Assembly: GCA_965213865.1 (NCBI GenBank)
Contig: OZ243928.1
Coordinates: forward strand, 1,706,945-1,770,944
Reading direction: 5' to 3'
Source of the DNA: Arenicellales bacterium
GTDB taxonomy: Bacteria > Pseudomonadota > Gammaproteobacteria > Arenicellales > JAJDZL01
DNA: 64,000 nt
Position 1 is the first letter of the stretch; each line of letters starts with the position of its first letter. A program made the translations under genes and the position numbers. Shown piece by piece: positions 39,652-49,046 of the stretch. The notes under the pieces are model-generated. The model was not told the DNA's origin, searched no databases, and was given only the letters and a program-made list of their open reading frames with translations.

Positions 39652-41451
39652 ATGCGAACACATTCCTGCGCGGCCGCCGGTCATCCTGATGCAGACCGCG
39701 AGGTACGCCTCTGCGGCTGGGTCAACAGCCGACGCGACCACGGAGGGGTCATCTTTGTCGATCTGCGCGATGCAAGCGGGATTGTGCAGGTTGTGTTTGA
39801 TCCACAGAACAAGCTCAGCTTCGCGACGGCTGAATCGGTCAGGAACGAATTTGTGCTGCAGGTGCAAGGGCGTGTGCGGCTGCGACCCGAGGGCACAGAA
39901 AACGATGCCATTCCCACAGGCCAGTTTGAGGTGGTCGCGCAGTCGGTGACAATTCTGAACAGCGCCGAAAGCTTGCCGTTTCAGTTTGAAGAAGCTTCGG
40001 TGAACGAGAATCTACGCCTGACCTACCGATTTATCGACTTGCGCAATGCGCGCATGCAGCGCAATCTGCGACTGCGTCATGAGCTGGTGCGCTCCATACG
40101 CAATTTTCTCAATGAACGCGGTTTTACCGATATTGAGACTCCTATTCTGACTCGATCCACGCCCGAAGGCGCCCGCGACTACTTGGTGCCAAGTCGGGTG
40201 CAGAGCGGCTCGTTTTACGCGCTGCCGCAGTCTCCCCAGATGTTCAAGCAGATGCTGGTCATATCCGGGTTCGAGCGCTACTACCAGATCGCCCGGTGCT
40301 TTCGGGATGAGGATTTGCGAGCGGACCGTCAGCCGGAATTCACTCAGCTTGATGTTGAAATGGCCTTTGTCAGCGAGACCGAGGTCATGCAGCTCATGGA
40401 GGCGATGCTGCGGGAAATTTTCGAGCGTCTCGCGGGGGTCCGTCTCGCAGCTGAATTGCCGGTGCTGACCTATGCGGAGGCCATGAATCGTTACGGTACC
40501 GATCGTCCGAATCTGCAGATACCGATGGAGCTTGCGGAGCTGTCTGACAGCGTCAAAGATGAGGATTTTCAGGTGTTCAGTCGTCCAGCGAATCAGTCTG
40601 ACGGGCGGGTCGCCGCACTCAACGTGCCGGGCGGCGCAGCGTTATCGCGCCAGCAGATTGATGACTACACAAAATTTGTTGCTGACTACGGTGCGAAGGG
40701 GCTGGCTTACATTAAGGTCAGCGATGCCGCTGGCGGACGTGACGGGCTGCAATCGCCAATTCTCAAATTCCTGTCAGACAAAGCCTTGGCAGACATCATC
40801 CGCAGGTGTGGCAGCAGCAGCGGCGACTTGATCTTTTTTGGTGCAGATACGCGCACAATCGTCAACGCATCACTCGGTGCCTTGCGGGTTCGCCTCGGCG
40901 AGGATTTGGCGATGAAAACCGACAGCTGGCATCTGCTCTGGGTGGTGGATTTTCCGCTGGTTGAATTCGACCATGAGCATCAGCGCTGGACATCGCTGCA
41001 TCATCCGTTTACAGCGCCGGTCTCGGAGCACATTGATTTGATCGAGTCGGATCCGGGGGCAGTTTTATCTCGGGCCTATGACATGGTGCTCAATGGCGCT
41101 GAAATTGGCGGCGGATCCATTCGAAACCACAGCATTGAGGTGCAGCGCAGGATCTTCAAGATGCTGGGACTTGATGCGCAGAGCATTGAGTCAAAGTTTG
41201 GATTTTTGCTTGAGGCGCTCAGATATGGCGCGCCGCCGCATGGCGGAATTGCGTTTGGCATTGACCGGATTGCAGCATTGCTGTGCGGTGAAAATTCAAT
41301 TCGCGATACGATCGCATTTCCCAAAACTCAAAGAGCGCACTGTCCGCTGACGAATGCGCCGAATATGGTCAGTGCGGATCAGCTCAATGAGCTGCAGCTG
41401 CGGCTCAAGCCGTCTGCTGCCGCCAGCCGGCCGATGGATCAAAACAGCTGA
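39652..41451 (+). CDS. aspS: Aspartate--tRNA ligase
   Basis: RRDHGGVIF, STPEGARDY, FRDEDLRADRQPEFTQ, GAPPHGG. Confidence 0.96.
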   Translation: MRTHSCAAAGHPDADREVRLCGWVNSRRDHGGVIFVDLRDASGIVQVVFDPQNKLSFATAESVRNEFVLQVQGRVRLRPEGTENDAIPTGQFEVVAQSVTILNSAESLPFQFEEASVNENLRLTYRFIDLRNARMQRNLRLRHELVRSIRNFLNERGFTDIETPILTRSTPEGARDYLVPSRVQSGSFYALPQSPQMFKQMLVISGFERYYQIARCFRDEDLRADRQPEFTQLDVEMAFVSETEVMQLMEAMLREIFERLAGVRLAAELPVLTYAEAMNRYGTDRPNLQIPMELAELSDSVKDEDFQVFSRPANQSDGRVAALNVPGGAALSRQQIDDYTKFVADYGAKGLAYIKVSDAAGGRDGLQSPILKFLSDKALADIIRRCGSSSGDLIFFGADTRTIVNASLGALRVRLGEDLAMKTDSWHLLWVVDFPLVEFDHEHQRWTSLHHPFTAPVSEHIDLIESDPGAVLSRAYDMVLNGAEIGGGSIRNHSIEVQRRIFKMLGLDAQSIESKFGFLLEALRYGAPPHGGIAFGIDRIAALLCGENSIRDTIAFPKTQRAHCPLTNAPNMVSADQLNELQLRLKPSAAASRPMDQNS

Positions 41452-41468
41452 CCCGCGCCTGCCAGCGA

Positions 41469-41933
41469 ATGGTGCAACAGCTGCAGCAGTCATTCCGCCG
41501 GCCGGAGTCGATTTTGCTGGTGATTGTTTCTGATGGACGGCAGACTCTGCTATTGAGAAGAGCGCCGCCGCGAGGTTTCTGGCAGTCGGTCACCGGATCG
41601 ATGCGATGGCATTCTGAGACTGCCAAGCAGGCGGCGGCGCGTGAAATGCACGAAGAGACGGGCATCGCAGTCGAGTTAAGCCAGATCCATGATTGGGAGC
41701 GAAAATTCCGATTTGCCATCCCCAAAGTGCTGCGGCATCGGTATCATCCGAAAATCACGACAAATACTGAATCGATGTTCTCTGTCTTGATCCCGAGTGC
41801 GGTCAATGTTACGCTCAGGCCGCAGGAGCATATCGATTATCAGTGGACAGATATCGATCAGGCGCAGTCCATTGTCTGGTCGTGGTCGAACCGTGAGGCC
41901 CTGCGGCTGGTTGCGCGCTCTCTGGCGGATTGA
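41469..41933 (+). CDS. nudB: Dihydroneopterin triphosphate diphosphatase
   Basis: PESILL, FWQSVTGS, Nudix box AAREMHEETG; follows aspS. Confidence 0.85.
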   Translation: MVQQLQQSFRRPESILLVIVSDGRQTLLLRRAPPRGFWQSVTGSMRWHSETAKQAAAREMHEETGIAVELSQIHDWERKFRFAIPKVLRHRYHPKITTNTESMFSVLIPSAVNVTLRPQEHIDYQWTDIDQAQSIVWSWSNREALRLVARSLAD

Positions 41934-42429
41934 TGACTGGCTGCTCGATCTTGCAGCGGTCAGCATGGTTTTGACTGGCCTGCCTGCGCACAGACGAGCG
42001 CATTCGTGGCAATCCAGAAAGCAGAGGAGCCGGGCTTGTTTGGGGTACAGAAAATCTCATTGAGTCATTGCGAGAGCCAGCCATCGTCCAGACTACTGGG
42101 TGTGCGTCAAATTTATGCAATTGTCAGCCGCCAATGGATTGGTCATGCCCAAAGATATCAAAGCGACTGCTTTTTCTCTGGCAGCCCGATGCAGTGATAG
42201 AATTGGCGATGACAATGAGATATTGCATGCCGCTTGGCTTGAATTGAGCTGAGAGCCGGCGGCGTCTTGGCATCCGTCCTGAGCCGCACCGCTTGAAACG
42301 CAAAGGCCTTGTTGCCGGAATCCCTTGCACCGCATCCGATGCCGGCTCATGCGGGGATGCCTGCTGCCTCAATGCCTCAATATCGGTTCAACGGGCGGCG
42401 GCTCGGCTTGACAATCAGGTTTGCATGGG

Positions 42430-42453
42430 AAAAGGGCGGCCTGCGGGCCGCCC
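42430..42453 (-). terminator. Intrinsic terminator of the Cys-rich secreted protein gene
   Basis: GGGCGGCC-TGCG-GGCCGCCC stem; T4 tail on the minus strand, 27 nt after the stop. Confidence 0.75.
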
Positions 42454-42479
42454 CTCGAATGCGTGCTGCCGGACGGAAG

Positions 42480-43328
42480 TCAGGGGAAGCGCACATCGAC
42501 CGTGATATCGCACCATTTGGCATAGGCCGGCGCACCGGCCGCCTCCAGCTCCGGCGTGGGCCAGCTGGGCGGGCCGCAATGCCTGGCAGTCCGAAAGGTG
42601 GCCCCATAGCCTGCCTGATTGGCAACAAAGGCAAAGGCCGGGGGCGGGGTTGGGTTTTTCAAGTCCCAGCAGCGCTGCACATTGGAATCGGCTGCATGAC
42701 ACACCTTGCCCCAGACCCGCACCCGGAAGATGCCGTTGCTCGGGGTCCGCTCCGGGGTGTATGAGCTGTCTTGCTGATTCGGCGTATTCCCGGTGTACTC
42801 GCCAGGCAGGGGGGTTGTGTCACCAGTGCACGCCGGGTACCCTTTATTGGCGGTGAACGTCCTGCCCATGAAGGTCACGGAGCGCGAGCACTTGCGGGTC
42901 GTATAGGTCTGGCAGGCGATGGCGATGGGCCCGCCGCGGGAATAGGTGCCGGCCGGGTTGTGGAATTCGACCCCTCCGCTTACTCCCGCACTGTGGGCGC
43001 AATGGGAACCGGGTCCCACGCCGAAGGTCGTCCTGTCGTGAGTCATTCCGCCCGGACTGTCCAGGGCCTCGATCGTCAGGTTGTTGATCACGCCGCTCAA
43101 GGTCCGACTGTTAACCTGGGGGGCGGGCCAGACCAGATTCTGGTTCAGACGGGTGGCGTAAGTGATGGCGGGATCCGAAACCCGTGAAACTCTGGCCGCC
43201 CGATCTGTCTGTGCCGATGCGGGCAGGGAAAGGGCCGTGCTCAGCAGAATGGCGGCGAAAGCCTTGAGAAAGACGGCGAGGGGGGGGGGTTGCCGCAATT
43301 TTCCTGTCATTTTCTTATCTCTTATCAT
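42480..43328 (-). CDS. Hypothetical Cys-rich secreted protein with a C10 tract in the signal-peptide region (in frame)
   Basis: Leader ...RQPPPLAVFLKAFAAILLSTALSLPASA-Q, 8 Cys in the mature part, extended -10 upstream and terminator downstream. Start at 43328 or 43310. Confidence 0.72.
   Translation of the reverse strand: MIRDKKMTGKLRQPPPLAVFLKAFAAILLSTALSLPASAQTDRAARVSRVSDPAITYATRLNQNLVWPAPQVNSRTLSGVINNLTIEALDSPGGMTHDRTTFGVGPGSHCAHSAGVSGGVEFHNPAGTYSRGGPIAIACQTYTTRKCSRSVTFMGRTFTANKGYPACTGDTTPLPGEYTGNTPNQQDSSYTPERTPSNGIFRVRVWGKVCHAADSNVQRCWDLKNPTPPPAFAFVANQAGYGATFRTARHCGPPSWPTPELEAAGAPAYAKWCDITVDVRFP
43280..43289 (-). repeat. C10 homopolymer (coding strand) in the leader of the secreted protein
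   Basis: Ten consecutive G on the + strand. Confidence 0.95.
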
Positions 43329-43362
43329 TTTCTTATCCTCGAAACAGCATAATGTTGCGGCG

Positions 43363-43371
43363 ATTATACCA
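43363..43371 (-). promoter_or_regulatory. Extended -10 promoter element TGGTATAAT
   Basis: Perfect TGnTATAAT 35 nt upstream of the ATG at 43328. Confidence 0.6.
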
Positions 43372-43450
43372 GTTTCAGCCGGCAAAACGACGGATTTTCA
43401 AGCTGAGCGACTGTCGTTTAGCGAGATGCTTCCGGTTTTTATGTATTTGC

Positions 43451-43473
43451 GGCTTATAATGATGGCTTATAAT
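43451..43473 (+). promoter_or_regulatory. Direct repeat GGCTTATAAT x2 (13-bp period), each containing TATAAT
   Basis: Located in the divergent intergenic region upstream of the autotransporter. Confidence 0.45.
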
Positions 43474-43605
43474 AAGAATAAGTATTTCATTCCATTTCAG
43501 GCAAGTGAAAAGCCTCAGATGCAGGTGACTTCATGGCAGGCAGGCAAGTCGAGCTCGCCTGCTTGGAGAGGCAGGTTCAGCCTATTCATGCAGGAGCAGA
43601 GACCA

Positions 43606-46600
43606 ATGATAGCATTTAAAACTGATTTATCCGCGCGCCAAGGACTTGAGATGCGGGGGGGGGCAGAAGCTATAAACTGAGCAGCAAACTTTGCTGCGCT
43701 GCCATTCTCTGGATTCTGTCGCTTGCCGCTGCTCCGGCGAAGGCCGCTGAGGAATGCGGCGACCTCAACGACCCTGCGAGTTCTCAAACCATCGACTGCA
43801 CGACTGAGAATTACAAGGCGGAAGAAGATGGCAATGTCTTCTATGAGCTGCCGGACAGCTTGACAGATCCGGACTACAGTTTCACCCTGAGCCTGAAATC
43901 CGGCACCCGGATTGTCGGCCAGCGCGACCGGTCCCAGGTTCCCGAAGAGGAACAGAAGGACGATCACGGCCGGCGGGCTGACTCACCATGGGCGATTTAC
44001 GGTGCCGTCTTCGTCGATACCGGATTCGATCACGAAGGCAACATCACGATCCGGTCAGCGGCTGACATCGAGGCGGGCAACCGCACTGGTGTCACAATTG
44101 GCCAAGCAACCATTCGGGCCCGCGGCATCTATGCGCGCCATCAAGGCAGGTCCGGAGACCTCAACATTCATCTTGCCGATGGCACCATTACCAGCACCGG
44201 CCCCGGTGTCCACGCCCATATCGACAGCCAAAAAAGCGGCGAAAACAGCGGCAATTTCAAAGATGCTGAATTCGAGGGGAACATCGACATTGATTTGTCA
44301 CCCGGTGCGACCATCCGAACATCCGGCGACAACGGGGACGGCGTCCAGGCGCACCACCGCGGCCGCGGGAAGATCCGCCTCACCGCGACCGGGAAGGCGG
44401 ATTCTGAAGAGCCCGACATCGGGACCACTGGCAATGATGCCGGCGGGATCTCGGTTGAAATGGGCAATTGGTGGGATGATTTTGCCGATTCAGCGAGAGG
44501 GGACATCGGTATCGATTTGAGGAATTATTTCATCCGCACGACGGGCGACAGGGGAGTGCTCTTCGGTTCGGGCTTGAAGGTTTACAATTACATCTCCGGT
44601 GACATTGACGTTGATGTGACCGGCAGCCGGATCAAGACGCAGGCCCAGCGCGGTATCTATGCGTGGCGGGTGCCAGGTGAACGTGCCGGCGGCAGGATAG
44701 ATATCGATGTCAGGAACTCGGAGATTGCGACGGGGGTCCAGGGAAAGAATGGCAATCATGCCATCATTGCCCAGCACCAGTCGACCGGCACTGGCCTTAT
44801 CGCCATTGATGTTGACAGCAGTGAGATCTCGACGCGGGGCGCAGACTCCCACGCTGTCTACGGCCGGCATTTCGGCGCCGGCGATGTGGTCATCGCCGCG
44901 CGCGACAGCGAGATCTCGACGCAGGATGCCGGGTCGTACGGCATCTACGGTCGCCACCAGTATTTGTCAAACTATAGGTTTTGGGCGAGGTTGCTAGCGC
45001 GCGGGACGCCCGCGGCGAACTATGCGGTAAGAATCGATGTCGATGGCGGCCGCATCTGCGCGGATCGCGATGACCGAGGGACCGAGGACCCCGGCGATGA
45101 TATCTGCCAGGGGACGGGCATTGTGGCCGAGATCGCCGAGAGCGGGCAGAATGACCGGGCTGAGGTGGATCTCGCCGGGGCGGTGGTCCAGGGCAGCACA
45201 GCCGTCGAGTTCAGGGGTGTCAAGGGCGCTCTCCGCCTGACCGACAGCCATCTGGCGGGCGATATCCGGTTTGCCAGGGGCGACTACAATGATGCGCTGC
45301 ATGTAAAGCTGGACCGCACCTCGCGCCGGCTGGCCGGAGACATCGATTTCTCCGGCGGCGAGGATAAGATGACGGTCGACATTGCCCGTGGGCAGCATTT
45401 GGCCTTCGACGGGCCGATCAGCATCAGCGGGCTGGAGTCCCTGACCAAGCGGGGCGACGGCTGGGTGCGCTTCGCTGACAATGTCAACTTCGAGGACGGC
45501 AGCCTGCGGCTGGAGGACGGGCATCTGGTCGTGGCTGGACGGCTGAATCTTGGCAACGGCCGGCTGACCATAGAAGATGCCGGCCGGCTGGTGTTCGAGG
45601 CGGGCCAGGATGTCAGGCCTGACGACAGCAAGCTGTTGTGGTTCGGGCAGCTCCTTGCTGGCGAAGTGCACTTTGCGGACGCGCAGGGCGATCCGGCGGT
45701 GTTTCTGCAGCTGAGCGAGGGACTGGACGAGGCGGCGGCCGATCAGGTGCGGGAGTTTCTGGCTGCGGGCCCATTGGCGCTGATCACCGGCCGTCTGACA
45801 CAGGGAAGCAATGATGATACGGTGATGAGTCTGGCGCTCCGGTCATTATCAGATGGCACGGTCTCGGAAGTCGGAACGGTCAATCCCGCAACCGGCGTCG
45901 CCACCATCACAGAAAACATGAAAGGCCGGATCGGCCGGCTGAAATTGCCGGGGACGATCTCTCTGGCATCGATTCCTTCAAGCGGCGGCACAGCCGGCGG
46001 CGGAAGTGGCAGCGGCTCAGGTGGCAGCGCCGGTTCCGGCTCCAGCGGCGGCATCCTGGGGTTGGGCCTGCTGGCGGTGCTGCTGGCATCCTTCGGCGCG
46101 GATGAGGAGGCGGAGGAGGCGAGCTGGGCCGGCTACGGCATCGGCGCACCCGGGGCGGCTTATGCCGTCGAGCGTGTTGACGGGGGCGACCGGATGTGGA
46201 TGCGCACCGCGCGGCCGATGACCGGGATCACGCAGGCCGGCGTCAGCGGCGCGGCGGCGGGCTTGAGCCTGCACGAGGGCGATCATTTCTACCTGGGCGC
46301 CTCCGCGGCGCCTGCGGTGACCGCCCGGGTCGACTCGCTGAATCTGGCGGCCCGGGGCGCGGTGCACTCGCTGCGCGCCGGCTGGCGCGCCGAGCGCTGG
46401 TTCGCCGGGCTGCGCCTGTCGCAGGGCGACTTCCAGGTGGCGACGTCCGTTGCCAATCCGGCGACCAGCGGCGCTTTGGCGAGCCGCTTCGCGCTGCGCA
46501 GCGCACAGGCACAGCTGCGGGCGGGCCTGCACCTTGATGCGGGGGCGCTGCGATTCACGCCGTCGGCCGCGGTGCAGGCGGGGCGCCTCGCGCACAGCGC

Positions 46601-46991
46601 GCATGTGGCGGAAAGCCCGGCGCTGCGGGCGCGTGTCCCGGCCTTCTCGCAGGACTACACCGGCTGGCAGCTGGGGCTGCGGATGAGCGCGAGCCGGTGG
46701 CTGGATGCGGCCGGCGGCGGACGGTGGCAGCCGCAGCTGCAGTTCCAGACAATCCGCACGACTGCGGCGGGCGGCGCGGTGAGCCTGCGCCAGGCGGATC
46801 GGCTCGGAGCGCTGAGCTTCAATACGCCGGCCGGGATCCGGGCCCTGCCGAAGGCGGTTCACTCGCTGCGCCTGGGCGCCCGGGTGCGTCCGGCCGGCCA
46901 TCGGGGGATTTGGAAGCTCGGCCTCGCCGGCCTGGAGGCGGACGGCGAGGCGCATTATGCGGCGCTGGCAGCCTACCAGCTGCGGTTCTGA
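43606..46991 (+). CDS. Type Va autotransporter, frameshifted at a G9 tract in the signal-peptide region
   Basis: Passenger repeats I.T.G....GI.A.H, amphipathic beta-strands and terminal YQLRF. The frame containing 43860 is open from 43650 and encodes a signal peptide, while the ATG at 43606 (with RBS) is in another frame. Confidence 0.78.
43655..43663 (+). repeat. G9 homopolymer at the 5' end of the autotransporter
   Basis: Read directly from the sequence. Confidence 0.95.
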
Positions 46992-47055
46992 GCGACACCG
47001 GGTTCAGCATCCGTATCACCAGGAGGCGATCTCAGGCCACAGCGGCACTGCGGAC

Positions 47056-47084
47056 AAAGGGGGCGGCAAAGGCCGCCACCTTTT
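47056..47084 (+). terminator. Intrinsic terminator after the autotransporter
   Basis: AAAGGGGGCGGC-AAAG-GCCGCCACCTTTT stem-loop with one mismatch and a T tail. Confidence 0.65.
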
Positions 47085-47271
47085 GCTGGCTCTTGCTGGG
47101 TGCTGGGCTCGTTCCTGCCATGGTGAGATATCAGTTTTATGCGGCGGGGGAGCGGGTCGCCGCGAAGTCTGGCAGACCGGTGTTATGTGCGGCACAAATC
47201 TCAAGTCCACTGAAATTCAAAAACGACAGGCCGCTTGACAGCGTTCGCGTGTTCATCCGGATTTTTTCTGT

Positions 47272-47299
47272 TTGATCCTCTGGCGCTCAACGATATAAT
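47272..47299 (+). promoter_or_regulatory. Putative sigma70 promoter of the HIT gene
   Basis: TTGATC-16 nt-TATAAT. Confidence 0.4.
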
Positions 47300-47344
47300 T
47301 CGCCAGCCGAATCCTGATTGTTTTGTGTTATTGGCGGAGGAGTC

Positions 47345-47689
47345 GTGGCCGAAGAGACCCTATTCAGCAAAATTATTCGTAAAGAAATACCCGCCGACAT
47401 TGTCTATGAGGATGAAGCGGTGATGGCATTTCGGGATATTTCACCGCAGGCCCCGGTGCACTGCCTGATTATTCCTAAAAAAGTCATACCAACAGTCAAT
47501 GATGCAACCGCAGAGGATGAGCGGGTTCTAGGGCGGCTGTTTACGGTTGCCGCCAAGCTGGCCAGGGAGAATGGCATTGACCGCAGCGGCTATCGCTTGT
47601 CCGTGAATTGCAATGCCGATGGCGGACAGGAAGTGTTTCATCTGCATATGCACTTGATGGGCGGTCGCCGCCTGCAGCGCATGGGGTAG
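47345..47689 (+). CDS. hinT: Histidine triad nucleotide-binding protein
   Basis: [38 protein letters not shown]. Confidence 0.88.
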   Translation: MAEETLFSKIIRKEIPADIVYEDEAVMAFRDISPQAPVHCLIIPKKVIPTVNDATAEDERVLGRLFTVAAKLARENGIDRSGYRLSVNCNADGGQEVFHLHMHLMGGRRLQRMG

Positions 47690-47793
47690 CGGTGCATATT
47701 GCTTCCAATCGTCCGAGCGCCGGCTTTGGTCCGATTTCGGATTGGCTGCGCCCCGGCTCGCAAGTGCGGATGATTCTGCGGTATTGATCGAGG

Positions 47794-48945
47794 ATGTCAA
47801 TACAGTTTTCCGAAAACGAATACGAAAATCGACGCGAGCGAGTCATTGCGCAGCTCAAAGAAGCGCAATTGCATGGCATTTTGCTCTTTCGGCAAGAGAG
47901 CATGTATTACCTCACAGGCTACGATACTTTCGGCTACTGTTTCTTTCAATGCCTGTTCATCGGGGTCGATGGGCAGTATGCATTGCTGACGCGCGCCCCG
48001 GATAAATTGCAGGCGCAGCTGACCTCTACGATCAAGGATATTCGCATCTGGGTTGATCAGGCGCATATCAATCCTGCCAGCGACTTGATCGCGATGCTTG
48101 ACGATTTCGGCTGCCAGGGAGAGTCACTTGCCGTTGAATTGAATGCCTACGGCCTCACTGCCGGCTTGTGGGAGCGGGTTGGCCCGCCGCTCAAATCCTA
48201 TTGCAATCTTGTCGACCAGTCAGAATTGGTCAGCAAGCTGCGTGTGATCAAGTCACCGGATGAGATAGCCTATACCGAAAAAGCGGCAAAGCTGGCTGAT
48301 GATGCGCTTGATGAGGCGCTGGATCTCACCGGACCGGGTGTCTATGACGGTGACATCCTGGCGGCGATGCACAGCGCGATCTACCGCGGCGGCGGCGATG
48401 ATCCGGCGAATGAGTTTATTTTGGGATCCGGTGAAAATGCACTGCTCTGCCGGTATCATACTGGACGGCGCCATTTGTCCTCGAAAGATCAGCTCACCAT
48501 CGAATTTGCAGGTGTCTACCGACACTATCATGCATGTCTAATGCGGACTCTCTTGGTAGGTCAGCCGGACCGGCGCCAGATCGCGATGTATCAGGCCTGT
48601 CAAGAGGCGATGCTGACCTGTCAGGAAGCGCTCAAGCCTGGTGCGACTGCCGGTGATGTGTTTGATGCGCATGCACGCGTTTTGGATCGCTGCGGATATC
48701 GCGACCTGCGGATGAACGCGTGCGGTTACAGCTTGGGTGCAACTTACGCGCCAACCTGGATGGATTGGCCGATGTTTTATTCCGGCAACTCGGTTGAGAT
48801 CAAGCCGAATATGGTATATTTCGTGCACATCATTTTGTTTGATTCTGCCAGCGGACTGGCGATGACGCTGGGGGAGACAGTGGCTGTGACTGAGGATGAG
48901 CCGCGCCGCCTGAGCCGGCATCATCTGGATTTGGCGATCAAGTGA
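47794..48945 (+). CDS. M24 Xaa-Pro peptidase family protein (creatinase/ectoine hydrolase-like)
   Basis: RVIKSPDEI, IEFAGVYRHYHACLMRT, GYSLG, GETVAVT. Several metal ligands of typical M24B enzymes appear replaced. Confidence 0.75.
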   Translation: MSIQFSENEYENRRERVIAQLKEAQLHGILLFRQESMYYLTGYDTFGYCFFQCLFIGVDGQYALLTRAPDKLQAQLTSTIKDIRIWVDQAHINPASDLIAMLDDFGCQGESLAVELNAYGLTAGLWERVGPPLKSYCNLVDQSELVSKLRVIKSPDEIAYTEKAAKLADDALDEALDLTGPGVYDGDILAAMHSAIYRGGGDDPANEFILGSGENALLCRYHTGRRHLSSKDQLTIEFAGVYRHYHACLMRTLLVGQPDRRQIAMYQACQEAMLTCQEALKPGATAGDVFDAHARVLDRCGYRDLRMNACGYSLGATYAPTWMDWPMFYSGNSVEIKPNMVYFVHIILFDSASGLAMTLGETVAVTEDEPRRLSRHHLDLAIK

Positions 48946-49046
48946 GACTGGCCTGGCGCGACTGTGCAGATGCGATCTTGTCGGTCCTGCAATCGCAAGT
49001 CGGCTGCCCGTACTGTTCGCTGAGGTGCTTTGTTTGAGATTTGCCC

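Noticed and set aside
44994-46955. Long antisense ORFs (44994-45671, 46017-46955)
   Set aside because: They are stop-poor shadows of the GC-rich autotransporter; low-complexity Arg/Ala/Pro products with no motifs.
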